From: Octopus bimaculoides
Taxonomy: Eukaryota
NCBI RefSeq assembly: GCF_001194135.2
Contig: NC_068987.1
Span: 25,475,125 to 25,517,881, forward strand
Length of the DNA: 42,757 nt
Direction of reading: 5' to 3'
Below, piece by piece: positions 23,701-36,994 of the stretch. The position numbers and the translations under genes are program-made. Position 1 is the stretch's first letter, and each line of letters starts with the position of its first letter. The notes below the pieces were generated by a model. The model saw only the letters and a program-made list of their open reading frames with translations, ran no database searches and had not been told where the DNA came from.

Positions 23701-25140
23701 TTTTAGTCGAATCAAATCGACCCCAGGACTTATTCTTTGTAAGCCTAGTACTTATTCTATCGGTCTCTTTTTGCCGAACCGCTAATGTTACGGGGACATA
23801 AACACACCAACATCGGTTGTCAAGCAATGGTGGGGACACACACACACACACACANNNNNNNNNNNNNNNNNNNNNNNNNNNNNNNNNNNNNNNNNNNNNN
23901 NNNNNNNNNNNNNNNNNNNNNNNNNNNNNNNNNNNNNNNNNNNNNNNNNNNNNNNNNNNNNNNNNNNNNNNNNNNNNNNATATATATATATATACACACA
24001 CATATATACGATGGGCTTCTTTCAGTTTCCGTCTACCAAAATCCACTCACAAGGCTTTGGTCGGCCCGAGGCTATAGTAGAAGATACTTGCCCAAGGTGC
24101 CACGCAGTGGGACTGAACTCGGAACCATGTGGCTGGTAAGCAAGCTACTTACCACGCAGCCACTCCTGCGCCTGTCAACTTTCTTTTAACTAATCCCTCA
24201 TTCTGTCGTTCACTTTTTATTCTTTCATCTACTGTTATCTAGTTCTCTCACCAACATTCTTCCGTTGTCTCCTGTTTATTTCATCTACTTTCTCCACCTT
24301 TCACCTCACTTTCGTCTTCTACTTTTTTAAAAAAAAATCTCATTTTGTTTACTTTCTTCTACGGTTGGCTGCTTTCTTCTTTCATCTACATTTTTGTTTT
24401 CATTGTCTTTCTTCTTTCATGTTTCATTTACTTTCTAGTTTCATCTACCTACAAGTTTTTCCTTTCCTCTTTCATCTACTTTGTTTTCCTTTCGTCTGCT
24501 TTCTTCTTGCATATTATTCCCGCTTCTTTCATTTCATTTCCTTTCTCATCTATTTTCTTCTTCTTTCGTCTACTTTCTTCCCTTTTTGTTATTTCTTCTC
24601 ATTTCGTCTTCTTCCTTATTTTGTCTAATTTTTGTCTCCTTTTACCCGCATATATCTTCCTTCGTTTAATTTCTTCTTTCTTTGACCTATTTTCGTCTCT
24701 CATTCACGGTTTTTGTCCTTTCATCAATTTCCTCCGTCTCTTCGTCTACCTTTCGGTCTTACTTTCTTAACTTCTATCTACTTAATCCTTTTCTTCTACA
24801 TTTTCGTCTAGCTCCTTTTATTCATTTTCTCATCTATTTAATGTCATCTAATTTCGACCACTTTTTACTTCTGCTTCTGTTATTAATTTATCATCATTAC
24901 TTTTCTTTCCCCGTTAGTCATCTTGTCTTCGTTTTCTTCTTCCTTCCACAAATTATTATTTTTATTCCTTCATCCTTCTCTGTCATTCTTTTTTATTTTT
25001 CAACTTTCTTCATAACATTATTTCTTTTCTTTTCGCTCCTCTTTCGTTCTTTAACCTTTGTTTATCATAATCTCGCCAGCATTCTCATCACCAACACCAT
25101 TTTGCCTTTCTTTCTCTCTTTCTCTTTCTAACTCTTACTC
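20730..25140. repeat. ~4.4-kb pyrimidine-strand low-complexity / cryptic satellite tract
   Basis: Plus strand is dominated by T and C with recurring TTCATCTACT, TTCGTCT and TCTAGTTT words. A perfect 47-bp direct repeat lies at 22099-22145 and 22222-22268. Confidence 0.85.
23655..24173 (-). mobile_element. Full-length, young-looking SINE family A (tRNA head, central domain, internal microsatellite, LINE-like 3' tail)
   Basis: Minus strand: AGGCGCAGGAGTGGCTGCGTGGTAAG (A-box)...GAGTTCAGTCCC (B-box)...CACCTTGGGCAAGT...GGAAACTGAAAGAAGCCC...(TA)n/(TG)n...GCGGTGCTCCAGCATGGCCGCAGTCAAATGACTGAAACAAGTAAAG. Confidence 0.92.
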
Positions 25141-25150
25141 TTTGTTGTTG

Positions 25151-25185
<35 letters not shown>

Positions 25186-25319
25186 GTTTGTCTACATCGA
25201 CATGACTTTTTAAATACTTATTTTATCACAGTTTTTTTTTCTGTTTTTTCTTTCTTTTTTCCCCTTCACTATCATCAGAGTAATCTCTGATAGAGTTGTA
25301 TTCAACTTCAATAAAAGTT

Positions 25320-25505
25320 AAAAACCCATAACAATAATAACAACAACAACAACAACAACAATCTCAACAACAACTTTAGCAGCAGCAACAACAACATCAA
25401 TAATAAACACTATAATTAATACAGGAGACTAACATAGATTTTTTTTTCTTTTTTAAATATATTTTTCAATATAGCATCCATATTACACATTGCCATTCAT
25501 TGTAC

Positions 25506-25575
<70 letters not shown>

Positions 25576-25943
25576 TTCTCTCACAAATAAATCGCAAACC
25601 ATCGCACCACTTCTGCAACCGTTTGTCACTGACACTGTCACTACCACTACTACTACTACTACTACTACAGCTGCCCCTGTTGTTGTTGTTGTTGTTGGTG
25701 GTGGTGGTGTGGTAGTGTTGTTGTTGTTGTTGTTGATGCTGCTATTGTAGCACCAGATCTACCTCGACCATTATTTTGCCGCTTATCGAAACCCAGCAGC
25801 GACTACTATTTGCTACTACTACGACTGCTGTCTCTGCTGCTGCTACTGCTACTGCTGCTGCTGCTGCCACTGGCCCTACTTTAGCTCTCTACATCTAGTA
25901 TAAACAGGCACGACTACTGTTATAGTATATAGCTGCTGCTGTT

Positions 25944-25977
<34 letters not shown>

Positions 25978-26160
25978 TTACTACTACTACCACCACCATT
26001 TTAGTTTCCTAGTCATCCATCACTCAGAAAGAATTATCTTCTGGCATTTCATCTTATTTCTTCCCCCCCCGACGTCGCCGTCATCATCACCACCACCACC
26101 ACCACCATCACCACCACTACCACCACTACCACCACCACCACCACCACCATCATCTTCACC
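25320..26160. repeat. Belt of mixed trinucleotide microsatellites (AAC, AAT, ACT, GTT, GCT, ACC)
   Basis: Direct reading; includes a long (AAT)n at about 25505-25575. Confidence 0.9.
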
Positions 26161-26729
26161 CACTTTCACTTCTACATTGAAGTCTTAATCACTGCGACTG
26201 TTTCTTTTTTTCCATTTCGAACCTGGATTTTTAATTCTTCGTCCTTCGTTATACTTATTTTATTCCAGTGTCTTAAGTTTAAAAAAAATAACTAAAAAAG
26301 GGGTAGAAAGGAAAACAAATATATATAAATATATATATTTAAAAAAAAAAAGAAAATTTATACCAACAAAAAAATATTTCAACGAAAAATAAGACTACCC
26401 AACAAAAATATATATATATATATTTTCTCACACAAATTTCTCCCATGTACATCTGCAGAACCTAACGTATCTGTATAGTGTATAAATAATTTTAGATATA
26501 TATATATATATATATACACATGTATGTATGTATGTATGTATATGTATATATTAATTTGAATCTATAAATTTATACAATACATACATATATATTTTTGAAA
26601 AAAAAAATCATAAAAATATATATATGTATATAATTGGTAATATTTAATTGTTATTACACACGCACCTCCCCCGGAATCAAAATAGCGGCGCCTCTTGCAT
26701 ATCAGGTCTCTCTCTCTGATCTTAACACT

Positions 26730-26808
26730 ATGGAAAATATGGATGGACCCGCTCCAAACAGGAGTCCTTCGGAACCACCTGCTGACCCTACACCAACCAG
26801 TAACGAAG
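26730..26808 (+). CDS. Candidate host coding exon (MENMDGPAPNRSPSEPPADPTPTSNE, phase-1 end); product unknown
   Basis: GC-richer non-repetitive island between microsatellites. ATG at 26730, open frame, consensus donor AAG|GTAAGT at 26809, possible acceptor TCTTGCATATCAG ending at 26705. No recognised homology. Confidence 0.4.
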
Positions 26809-26900
26809 GTAAGTTCCACATATACACGCACACACATACATACATACATACATACATACATACATACATACATACGTAAGTACATATACACACACGCATC

Positions 26901-27110
26901 TTTTGCTTGTTTTAGTTATTAGACTGCGGTCATGCTGGGGCACCGCCTTGAAGAATTTTTTGTCGAATGAATCGACACCAGTACTTCTTTTTTTAAAGCC
27001 AAGTAGTTATTCTATCGATTTATTTTGCTGAAGCGCTAACCTACGGGATGTAAACACATCACCACCGGTTGTCAAGCAGTGGTGGTGGTAGGAGGAACAC
27101 ACACACACAT
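26901..27110 (-). mobile_element. 3' half of SINE family A
   Basis: AGACTGCGGTCATGCTGGGGCACCGCCTTGAAG...AATCGACACCAGTAC...CCGGTTGTCAAGC. Confidence 0.8.
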
Positions 27111-27165
27111 AGGTATATATATATATATATATATATGCCTACATACATGCATACATACATACATG

Positions 27166-27212
<47 letters not shown>

Positions 27213-27636
27213 NNNNNNNNNNNNNNNNNNNNNNNNNNNNNNNNNNNNNNNNNNNNNNNNNNNNNNNNNNNNNNNNNNNNNNNNNNNNNNNNNNNNNNNN
27301 NNNNNNNNNNNNNNNNNNNNNNNNNNNNNNNNNNNNNNNNNNNNNNNNNNNNNNNNNNNNNNNNNNNNNNNNNNNNNNNNNNNNNNNNNNNNNNNNNNNN
27401 NNNNNNNNNNNNNNNNNNNNNNNNNNNNNNNNNNNNNNNNNNNNNNNNNNNNNNNNNNNNNNNNNNNNNNNNNNNNNNNNNNNNNNNNNNTATATATATA
27501 TATATATATATATATATGGTCACGAATGGATGCTGAAACATCATGTACCCACACACACTCTCCCGCGCATACATACACAACACAAACATAAACACACACG
27601 CACCAACTTGCACAGCTAAGAATGAATAAAAAAAGA

Positions 27637-27822
27637 AACCTCTGTGCGGTCACTCAGCTCGCTAGAAATATCAACCCAAATCTCTTCATATCACATCATA
27701 TCACATCCCACCGTTTTAAATAAGGGACGCATTGAATAATGTAAAAAGATGACAGGTTGGTCATGTTTGGAATGCCTTTGATTATAAGTGTACTCGATTA
27801 TGGATGACATGGGTGTAAACAA
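27637..27822 (+). repeat. Dispersed repeat family D
   Basis: CCTCTGTGCGGTCACTCAGCTCGCTAGAAATATCAACCCAAATC...GTCATGTTTGGAATGCCTTTGATTATAAG...GGGTGTAAAC. Confidence 0.65.
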
Positions 27823-28464
27823 TAGCACGCTTTCACGCATATACAATCATACATGCATACATATTTTCACATATATACTCACACTTTGTTATATGTATAT
27901 TTGTATGTGTATCGCCAGGACTAGTGTGTAAATATACACATTTTCACACATGTACATACTAACGCTCACACACACTGTCAAGCGTAGATCTTTACAAACA
28001 TACACATTAATACACATTAGCTAGCACACATTATACATACATGTGTATTTCTCTTTTTCCTTTTCTCTCTCTCTCTCCCACATACACACACACACAAACA
28101 TACATATACATTCACAAGCCAAATAAAATGTCCATTTATCAGCTACATCAGGAAAAAACAAAACAAAGACCTCATTGAAAAAGTTATTCAACTCTAAGAC
28201 CTAAGGGAAATGCATGAACATCAAAACATCGTTTAACTTTTTCCTAGCTCCTTTCTGACTACAATGGGTTTCGGCAACCATGTCTTACTCTAGACTATCT
28301 CTTTGAAGTTTCACGAAAGTATCATCATCATCAACATCAGCATCACTACTGTCGTTTGTTCTTTGTTTTGTTACCGATGCTGCTGCTGTTGTTGTTGTTG
28401 TTGTTGTTGTTGTTAAACTCCGAGTGAATGGTCAAAAGTAGTATTATACTTATGAGGAGGAGGT

Positions 28465-28620
28465 GTGAATTCTAAGTTCAAATTCCACCAAGGTCGATCT
28501 TGCCTTTCACACTTTCGGGGGTCGATAAATTAAGTACCAGTTATGTACTGGGGTCAATGTTATCGACTAGTCCCCTCTCCACAAATCTCAGGCCTTGTAC
28601 TTATAGCAGAAAGGATTCTT
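28465..28620 (+). mobile_element. 5'-truncated SINE family B ending in a (CTT)n tail
   Basis: AGTTCAAATTCCACCAAGGTCGA...GGTCGATAAATTAAGTACCAG...ATCGACTAGTCCCCTC...AGAAAGGATT(CTT)n. Confidence 0.85.
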
Positions 28621-28719
28621 CTTCTTCTTCTTCTTTTTCTTCTTCTTTTTCTTCTTCTTTTTCTTCTTCTTCTTGTAACCATTGTTGGTGTTGTAAAACT
28701 TATATGTATGTGTGTGTAT

Positions 28720-28754
<35 letters not shown>

Positions 28755-29180
28755 NNNNNNNNNNNNNNNNNNNNNNNNNNNNNNNNNNNNNNNNNNNNNN
28801 NNNNNNNNNNNNNNNNNNNNNNNNNNNNNNNNNNNNNNNNNNNNNNNNNNNNNNNNNNNNNNNNNNNNNNNNNNNNNNNNNNNNNNNNNNNNNNNNNNNN
28901 NNNNNNNNNNNNNNNNNNNNNNNNNNNNNNNNNNNNNNNNNNNNNNNNNNNNNNNNNNNNNNNNNNNNNNNNNNNNNNNNNNNNNNNNNNNNNNNNNNNN
29001 NNNNNNNNNNNNNNNNNNNNNNNNNNNNNNNNNNNNNNNNNNNNNNNNNNNNNNNNNNNNNNNNNNNNNNNNNNNNNNNNNNNNNNNNNNNNNNNNNNNN
29101 NNNNNNNNNNNNNNNNNNNNNNNNNNNNNNNNNNNNNNNNNNNNNNNNNNNNNNNNNNNNNNNNNNNNNNNNNNNNNNNN

Positions 29181-29237
<57 letters not shown>

Positions 29238-30418
29238 TGGTGCTAATTCATACACTTAAGTCTTGTGATCTAGTTCTTCGTCTACTAGTTGTTGCAGCTA
29301 GTTTGATGTCGTGCACTTTGGTAGCGCAAACACGTATTCTATAGTGGCACATCACCGGAACAAATGTAACAGATTGATATTCTGGAAGCCATCTCGTACA
29401 TACACATATTCACACGTACACACACACACACGCATACACACATGTACTCTCTCATTTCCCGTGTCCCAGATACATCCAAACATACATACATACATACACT
29501 TATATATATTATCCGAAATGAACTTATGGTCTCTTAGACGACTCATGCACGTATATATATATATATATATATTTATTTATTTACGCTTATATATCATTTG
29601 AAATGTAGTTATGGTCTCTTAGACGACTCACGCCTTATACATACGCGCGCGCGTACACACATATATATTCACTATGTATGTATAAGTACACAGTGACGCA
29701 TTTTATATCAGTCTGTCTCACATATATATACAACCATATGCACATATGCATACACATGTGCGTGTGTCTATGTATGTAGATATGTACGTGTATGTAGGTA
29801 TATAAAGTAATATGTAATGACCATTATTTATGCTTTGTCCTGTATGTATGTATATGTGACTGTGTGCGTATGTATGCATATGTATATATGTATGTATGCA
29901 TATGTATATACGTATGCAAACATTTGGTCTTTCACTCGCTTTTCTGCTCCTCATCTTAAACATAGTCGCACATAAAACCTAAATCAATGAAAGAAACAAC
30001 ACGAAATGGCCCTGGTGATGATGATGATGGTGATGATAATGGAGATGATGATGATGATGATGACGATGAATGACAATAACACTGTAACAGCTATAACAAC
30101 AATAATAACAACCAGACAAACAGCGGCAACATTTTCAATCATAAATATTTAAACAATTTGCCCCGATCTTAATTGTGGCTGCACTCTCAACAGCTCACAG
30201 CTTGAAAGTCCCTTTTAAAAATAGCGATTTAAATAAATAAACAGTTGAATAACTAGATAAAATTAATAAATAAAGAGGTCAGATATTGACGGCGATGCTA
30301 GTGATGCTGATGCTTGTTGATGTTGCTGCTGCTGCTGTTGATGTAGTTGTTATTGTTACTACTGTCTTATTTGCCATAGGGAGAAGCAGTCACAAACATT
30401 ACAGTTTTGTGCTGTAAA

Positions 30419-30451
<33 letters not shown>

Positions 30452-30541
30452 TACATAATATATGTATATGCGTGTGTGTCTGTGTATGTATGTATATGCA
30501 TATGTATGCATATGTATATGTATATATGTATGCGTGTAAAG

Positions 30542-30588
<47 letters not shown>

Positions 30589-30793
30589 TACATGCATACA
30601 TACATTGATATACACTCATGTATATGCATGTATATATGATAAATTCTCATACACACATATATATATATATATTTCTAAATGTACATATATATAATGACGA
30701 TATGTGTATATATGTATGTATATGTTTATATAAATACATACTTGTACATAGATGGATGTGTTTATATAATATGAATGTTACGTCTATATATAC

Positions 30794-30824
<31 letters not shown>

Positions 30825-31730
30825 NNNNNNNNNNNNNNNNNNNNNNNNNNNNNNNNNNNNNNNNNNNNNNNNNNNNNNNNNNNNNTATATATTTATATCC
30901 GAAAAACGGAATGAGAACGTAACGGACTGCAATAAAAATATACAGATAGATAGACGATACAAAGACAGACAGGAAAAACCAGGACGGATCGTTCGTGGCC
31001 CTTTATTAATCAGTCAAGTTTCTAATTTTCATTACAGTTTCGGCCTGTTATATGTACATGCACACACACACACACACACACACACACGTACACACATGCA
31101 CAGTGTCGATGTAATTGCTAACCAGTTGTTGATGGTGGAATATGTAATTCCTACCAAAAGGTATCAGAAAACATTTACAACCGTTGTCTGCAACACTTAA
31201 AATAAATAAAAAAATTGGTGGAAATACATAGTATTGAAGAATTTCATTATCGTTGAATTTTCTGGCTAATTTTCTCGCTAAACACTTGCTAATTTTATTA
31301 CTGTTATCAGTACAACCATTATTGTTATTATTATTGTTGTTGTTTTTTGTTATCGTGCTTGTTCTTCCTCCTAGTAGTATAGCTCTGTTGTTTTTCTGTG
31401 GTTTATTGTTTCGACGACGATGTGACGGCATAGCTTGATGAACGGCGCTAATTCTAAAGATCTCCCGTATTCTTCATCACCGATCATCATAAGCCATCAT
31501 CATCACATCATCATCATCATCATCATGACTGTCGTCATCGTTCTCATCATTTTGATTGTCGGCATCATCATCGTCTTCGTCGTCGTCGTCTTCTTCATCA
31601 TCACCACCGTCGTTTCCATCTGGCTCCATCGTCGTCTTAATCAGTTATCTCAACTCAAGACTTAAATCTTTCCTTATCTATCTTGATATTTCCGTTGGCT
31701 GAGTTAAGGAGACAGATTTTACAAACACAG

Positions 31731-31775
<45 letters not shown>

Positions 31776-31802
31776 CACCTACAAATTGATTTAGTGGAGA
31801 TG

Positions 31803-31836
<34 letters not shown>

Positions 31837-33440
31837 TACACACACACACATACACACTCATCCATACGCTCACGCATATGTGGGGGAAGACGGAAGGTAA
31901 AATTGCTGGGAGATGATTTCTTTTATCTAGACGCCAGAATTTGATGATACTGTATAACGATGGACAGATAGATGACTAGAAAAAATATTTACATATATTA
32001 ATCTATAAGGAGTGTGTGTATATGTCTCTGTGCGCGATTTTGCTTCTAAGGAATTGCAAGTATCCGATAAATAGGTAGGTAGGTAAGTAGGTAGGTAGGT
32101 AGTTCTGGATATATAGATTGAGGGGTAGATAAAGAGGTAGGTAGATAAAGAGGTAGGTAGATAAAGAGGTAGGTAGGTAAGTAGGTCTATATATAGATAT
32201 ATATTTGTATATATGTAGTTCTGGATATATCGATTAAGGGATGGATAGATAGATAGATAGAAAAGAAGTGTGTGAGAGAGAGAGGTACACACAGAGACAG
32301 ATATTCAGACAGTTATCTATCTATCTATCTATCTTTCTAGATAGGTAGGTAGGTAGGTAGATAGATAGATAGATAGATAGAGGTAAGTGAATAAATACAT
32401 ACATACATACATACATACATACATACATTATATATATATTGAGAGATATAATGGTGACAGCAGCGAATTTTATTAATAATTCATCTTGCTGCTTGTCTGA
32501 GGGATATTGTTATATGACAAAAGCAATGTAAGAACACTGTGAATCTACTACTGACAAACAGTTGTGTGTATTATATGTTTATGTAGTTATAAAATATATG
32601 CTTGAATGAATAATTTCTGTATTTGCCTCAAATCTAATATAATTATTACATCACTGTATAATAGTTAATACAAAAGAGAAAAATTTGAACAGGCGATGTG
32701 GCTAGAAATCTTACATTATCTATCTATCTGTCTGTCTCTCTGTCTATCTATCCATGCATTTATCTATCTTTATATGTGTCTATCTAGATATCCGTTTATT
32801 TCTCTATTTTTCTATTTATCTATATCAAAAAGAGGGAGGGGTGAGAGAAACGGAGTGATATACAAATCATTAATTAAAATATAAAAGTAAAGAAAATGGC
32901 CAAAAGGAAAACAACAACAACAGATGAAACAACATTGGTAACGATGATCAAATCGGCTTAAAAAGAGGACAGAGAAAGCCAAAAACTAAAAGACAGATTT
33001 ATTTAACGTAAATTTTCAATATGAATCTCGTGATTTTAAGAATAGCACGATTCTTTATGCATAGTCGATGCGTGTGTGTGTATATGTGTGTGTGTGTTAG
33101 TATGCGTGAATGTGTGATTCTTTATATGTACACATATATATATATGTGTGTCTGTGTGCGAACACATTGGTTGTAATTCCATTTCCGAACACGTTCCTTG
33201 CATACATTAACCATTTGGCTATATAGGTTCTGTTGCTCTTTTCAATACCCAGTTGTAAGTTTATGGTTGTATGCAGTGTAAATGTATTGAAATTAATTCA
33301 ATAGTACATTTAATTAACTATCTGTATTCGCGCGTGTGCGACATATGTGTGTGTGTTTAAGTAAGGCAGAAAAAGAAATTTTCAAAAATGCTCTCATTCA
33401 ACATATAACACTGTCATGCTGAATAACATATATACATACA

Positions 33441-33494
<54 letters not shown>

Positions 33495-33758
33495 NNNNNN
33501 NNNNNNNNNNNNNNNNNNNNNNNNNNNNNNNNNNNNNNNNNNNNNNNNNNNNNNNNNNNNNNNNNNNNNNNNNNNNNNNNNNNNNNNNNNNNNNNNNNNN
33601 NNNNNNNNNNNNNNNNNNNNNNNNNNNNNNNNNNNNNNNNNNNNNNNNNNNNNNNNNNNNNNNNNNNNNNNNNNNNNNNNNNNNNNNNNNNNNNNNNNNN
33701 NNNNNNNNNNNNNNNNNNNNNNNNNNNNNNNNNNNNNNNNNNNNNNNNNNNNNNNNNN

Positions 33759-33823
<65 letters not shown>

Positions 33824-34488
33824 TCAGTATTACTTCAGTGGTGATTTGTATGTGTGGGAGCAAACGTACATAATTTATGCATTCAAGCATACATACTATA
33901 AGTATAACTGTATCTCTCTTACATACGCGTATATGCATATCTCTGTATGTATCTATATATACATACATACTCATGCGAGCATACACACACACGCACACAC
34001 ACACACACACCCGCGCGCACACACACATACATCAATGTATATGTGTGTGTCTGTGTGAGCGAGAGTTACATATTAACTAGGCCAATTTATGAAATTGAAA
34101 AAATTCTGTTTTATCATTTTAAAATTGTTAGTAACTAGGAATTACAAATTCTCAAATGAGAATGGTTATGATGATTATATCTGGGTAATTATTATGATCT
34201 TTGTCGTCGTGTTACATTATTTATTAATTTGTCTTCATCTTGTAAAGCTTTAGGGTTTAAATTTTAGCTCCAAATCAAGTCCCTTTATGTAGAACAAACC
34301 AGCCTGCTAGCCTTTAAGTGGTAGATTAACTTACTAGAAATAAAAGTCAACTATCCCTAAAATAAAATTCTGTTGTCGTTTTCATTATAGTCCCTGAGAT
34401 ACAAAACGATGCGATAGGCATGGTTGGAGCGCTTTTTTTATTGTAGTTATGCGTAAAGGAACAAGAACAAACAGCAACAGTAGCCAGT

Positions 34489-34682
34489 CAACGGAAGAGC
34501 CACTATGAGATTGCTCGACCCGCAAGAAGTTGCAGCAAAATCCCCTTTAAATTATATCTTTTTTTTTTTTTTTAAAGGAAGGAACATATTGGCTAGTGTA
34601 GTCTTTGCTATGCAATGATGATCACGTTTGTAGCATTTCTTTATCACAGGTCTTCTGGATCAAAACTGACCCGTGGTTAAAC
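34489..34682 (+). repeat. Dispersed repeat family D
   Basis: TTGCTCGACCCGCAAGAAGTTGCAGCAAAATC...AAAGGAAGGAACATATTGG...CTGACCCGTGGTTAAAC. Confidence 0.6.
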
Positions 34683-35177
34683 TACAGCTATAGATATCAC
34701 TAAGAGGTTTTTAACCTAACCCAACTCCACCGTCATCGCCGCCTTTATACTCTTTCTGTGATCTTATTATTCTGTAGCATTAAATATTTATGTAGATAAC
34801 ATACATTGCTCAAAAATACTCACTGTGCATACATATGCTGCTAAACATACAGTGTACGTACTCATGTCTAGGAGTATGCATGCATGTGTGTATGTATGTT
34901 TGTACATGAGTGTGTATGCAAGTGTGTATGAATGTGCGTATATAAACACATACCTACACGTGCATGTATAAATGATTGTAGGTGTATATATATATGCATG
35001 CACACATATATACACGTGCGAACACATACATGTACGTTCTTGCAGATATACACACATACATGCATGCATACTCTTATACACACATATGCACAATCACATA
35101 TATGCATACATATACATACACAAGCATACGTACATACACACATGGAACAGTGAGTCAATTATATACAAGTAGCTGTA

Positions 35178-35352
35178 TAATTCCAGGTCACCAAAAACCT
35201 GTGATCAGAGTATTCTTAGACGTATTAGTTCTGCCTTATTTAATTCGCATATAATGTATCTAGCCAATGTGTCCTTCCTTACTTTAGAGTATAGTACATG
35301 ATTTGATGAGATTTACTGTCCCTTCTAGCAGATTGAGGGCTTAACTAGGAGC
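35178..35352 (-). repeat. Dispersed repeat family D
   Basis: CCAGGTCA...TGTGATCAGAG...CCAATGTGTCCTTCCTT...GATTTGATGAGATTT...TTCTAGCAG. Confidence 0.55.
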
Positions 35353-35496
35353 TTTTTTTGTTGGATCTCATAAATCTGGATATTTATACATGTTTAATAT
35401 ATAAACAGGTATGCATGTAAATGTGCATTTGCGAATTAATAAATATATTAACATCCAGTAACCATATTTAAATATCTACCTCCACATATGTGAATG

Positions 35497-35561
<65 letters not shown>

Positions 35562-35778
35562 TGTGTAATACATAATATGCATAAGTATATGTGTGTGCAA
35601 TATATATGTGCATGTATGTATGTGTGTTATACTACTATATTCTCGTATTCTGCCAGAGTTTGTGGCCATGTTGGAGTTAATATGTAATATGCATACGTAG
35701 ATGTGCGTATGCATATGTATGTGCGTGTGTATTTTTGTATGTATATGCATATATGTATGAACATATACGTTACAAGTG

Positions 35779-35839
<61 letters not shown>

Positions 35840-35990
35840 TCATATGATGATATCTCTACAATGTGTTGAGAAAAGCATGTAATCGCTACCAATATAGCGT
35901 CAAAACTCTCTTTTAAATTTTGAATNNNNNNNNNNNNNNNNNNNNNNNNNNNNNNNNNNNNNNNNTAATATATATATATATATATATATA

Positions 35991-36208
35991 TATAAACACA
36001 ATTAAGGGATCAGCAAATATTTGTTTCACCCACCATATACCGAACTTCAGAAATAGCAGCTAAAAAAGCTGAGACTCCAACAGATAGCATTACTTGTAAC
36101 TCTGAGTAATGCTATCTGTTGGAGTCTCAGCTTTTTTAGCTGCTATTTCTGAACTTCGGTATATGGTGGGTGAAGCAAATATTTGCTGATCCCTTAATTA
36201 TGTTTATA
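35991..36208. mobile_element. Foldback/hairpin element: 104-bp inverted arms with a 10-nt loop, next to (TA)n
   Basis: Arms 35991-36094 and 36105-36208 pair with 3 mismatches; the loop is TGTAACTCTG. The repeat is certain; the MITE interpretation is inferred. Confidence 0.75.
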
Positions 36209-36751
36209 AATGTATATGAACTTTTAAATAAGTTCTCCACCAATAATGGTGCTTACATACCGAAGGGCTTAGTAAAAATTATTAATTGTTGATTTATTAA
36301 TAAATTAATAAATTGATAAACCTTTACCCTTTTAATTTGTAATAATCATATATATATATATACATGCAAACACACACACATATGTATATATACATACCTA
36401 TATATATATAGGTATGTATATATTGGTATTTCTGTGTGTGAATGAATAAGAAAGTCATGGGGAGGTGAGAGTTTGTAAAATATGTAATTTATTGATCTAC
36501 TAATTATTGATTTCGATAGTATTTATTTTATGTTATCAATTTTACTCTTCGGTATGAAAAATGTGATTGACGCTGCTGCTACTATTGCTGGTGTTACTGT
36601 TGGTGTTGTTGTTGTTGTTGTTGTGTTCTAGTGTCTGTGAGTATTCTAGTTGACATGACGTCACTGTCACCATATTGATACTCCAGCTCCAGTTTCTCTA
36701 CCATGTATTTGATGTGCATTCTTCAGTTTCGATCATTTTCATTCTTTTCTT

Positions 36752-36819
<68 letters not shown>

Positions 36820-36942
36820 ATCAGTCTTTCTGTCTCTCTGTCTATCTGTCTGTCTGTCTGTCTGTCTATCTGTATGTATGTATGTATGTATGTATGTATG
36901 TATTTAATTATATATCTTCCTATCTGTCTGCCTATCTGTCAG

Positions 36943-36994
<52 letters not shown>

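Noticed and set aside
31200-31630. Acidic minus-strand reading MEPDGNDGGDDEEDDDD and the adjacent ORF 31048-31431
   Set aside because: It arises from mixed GAT/GAC/AAC repeats, the frames do not join, and there are no splice signals.
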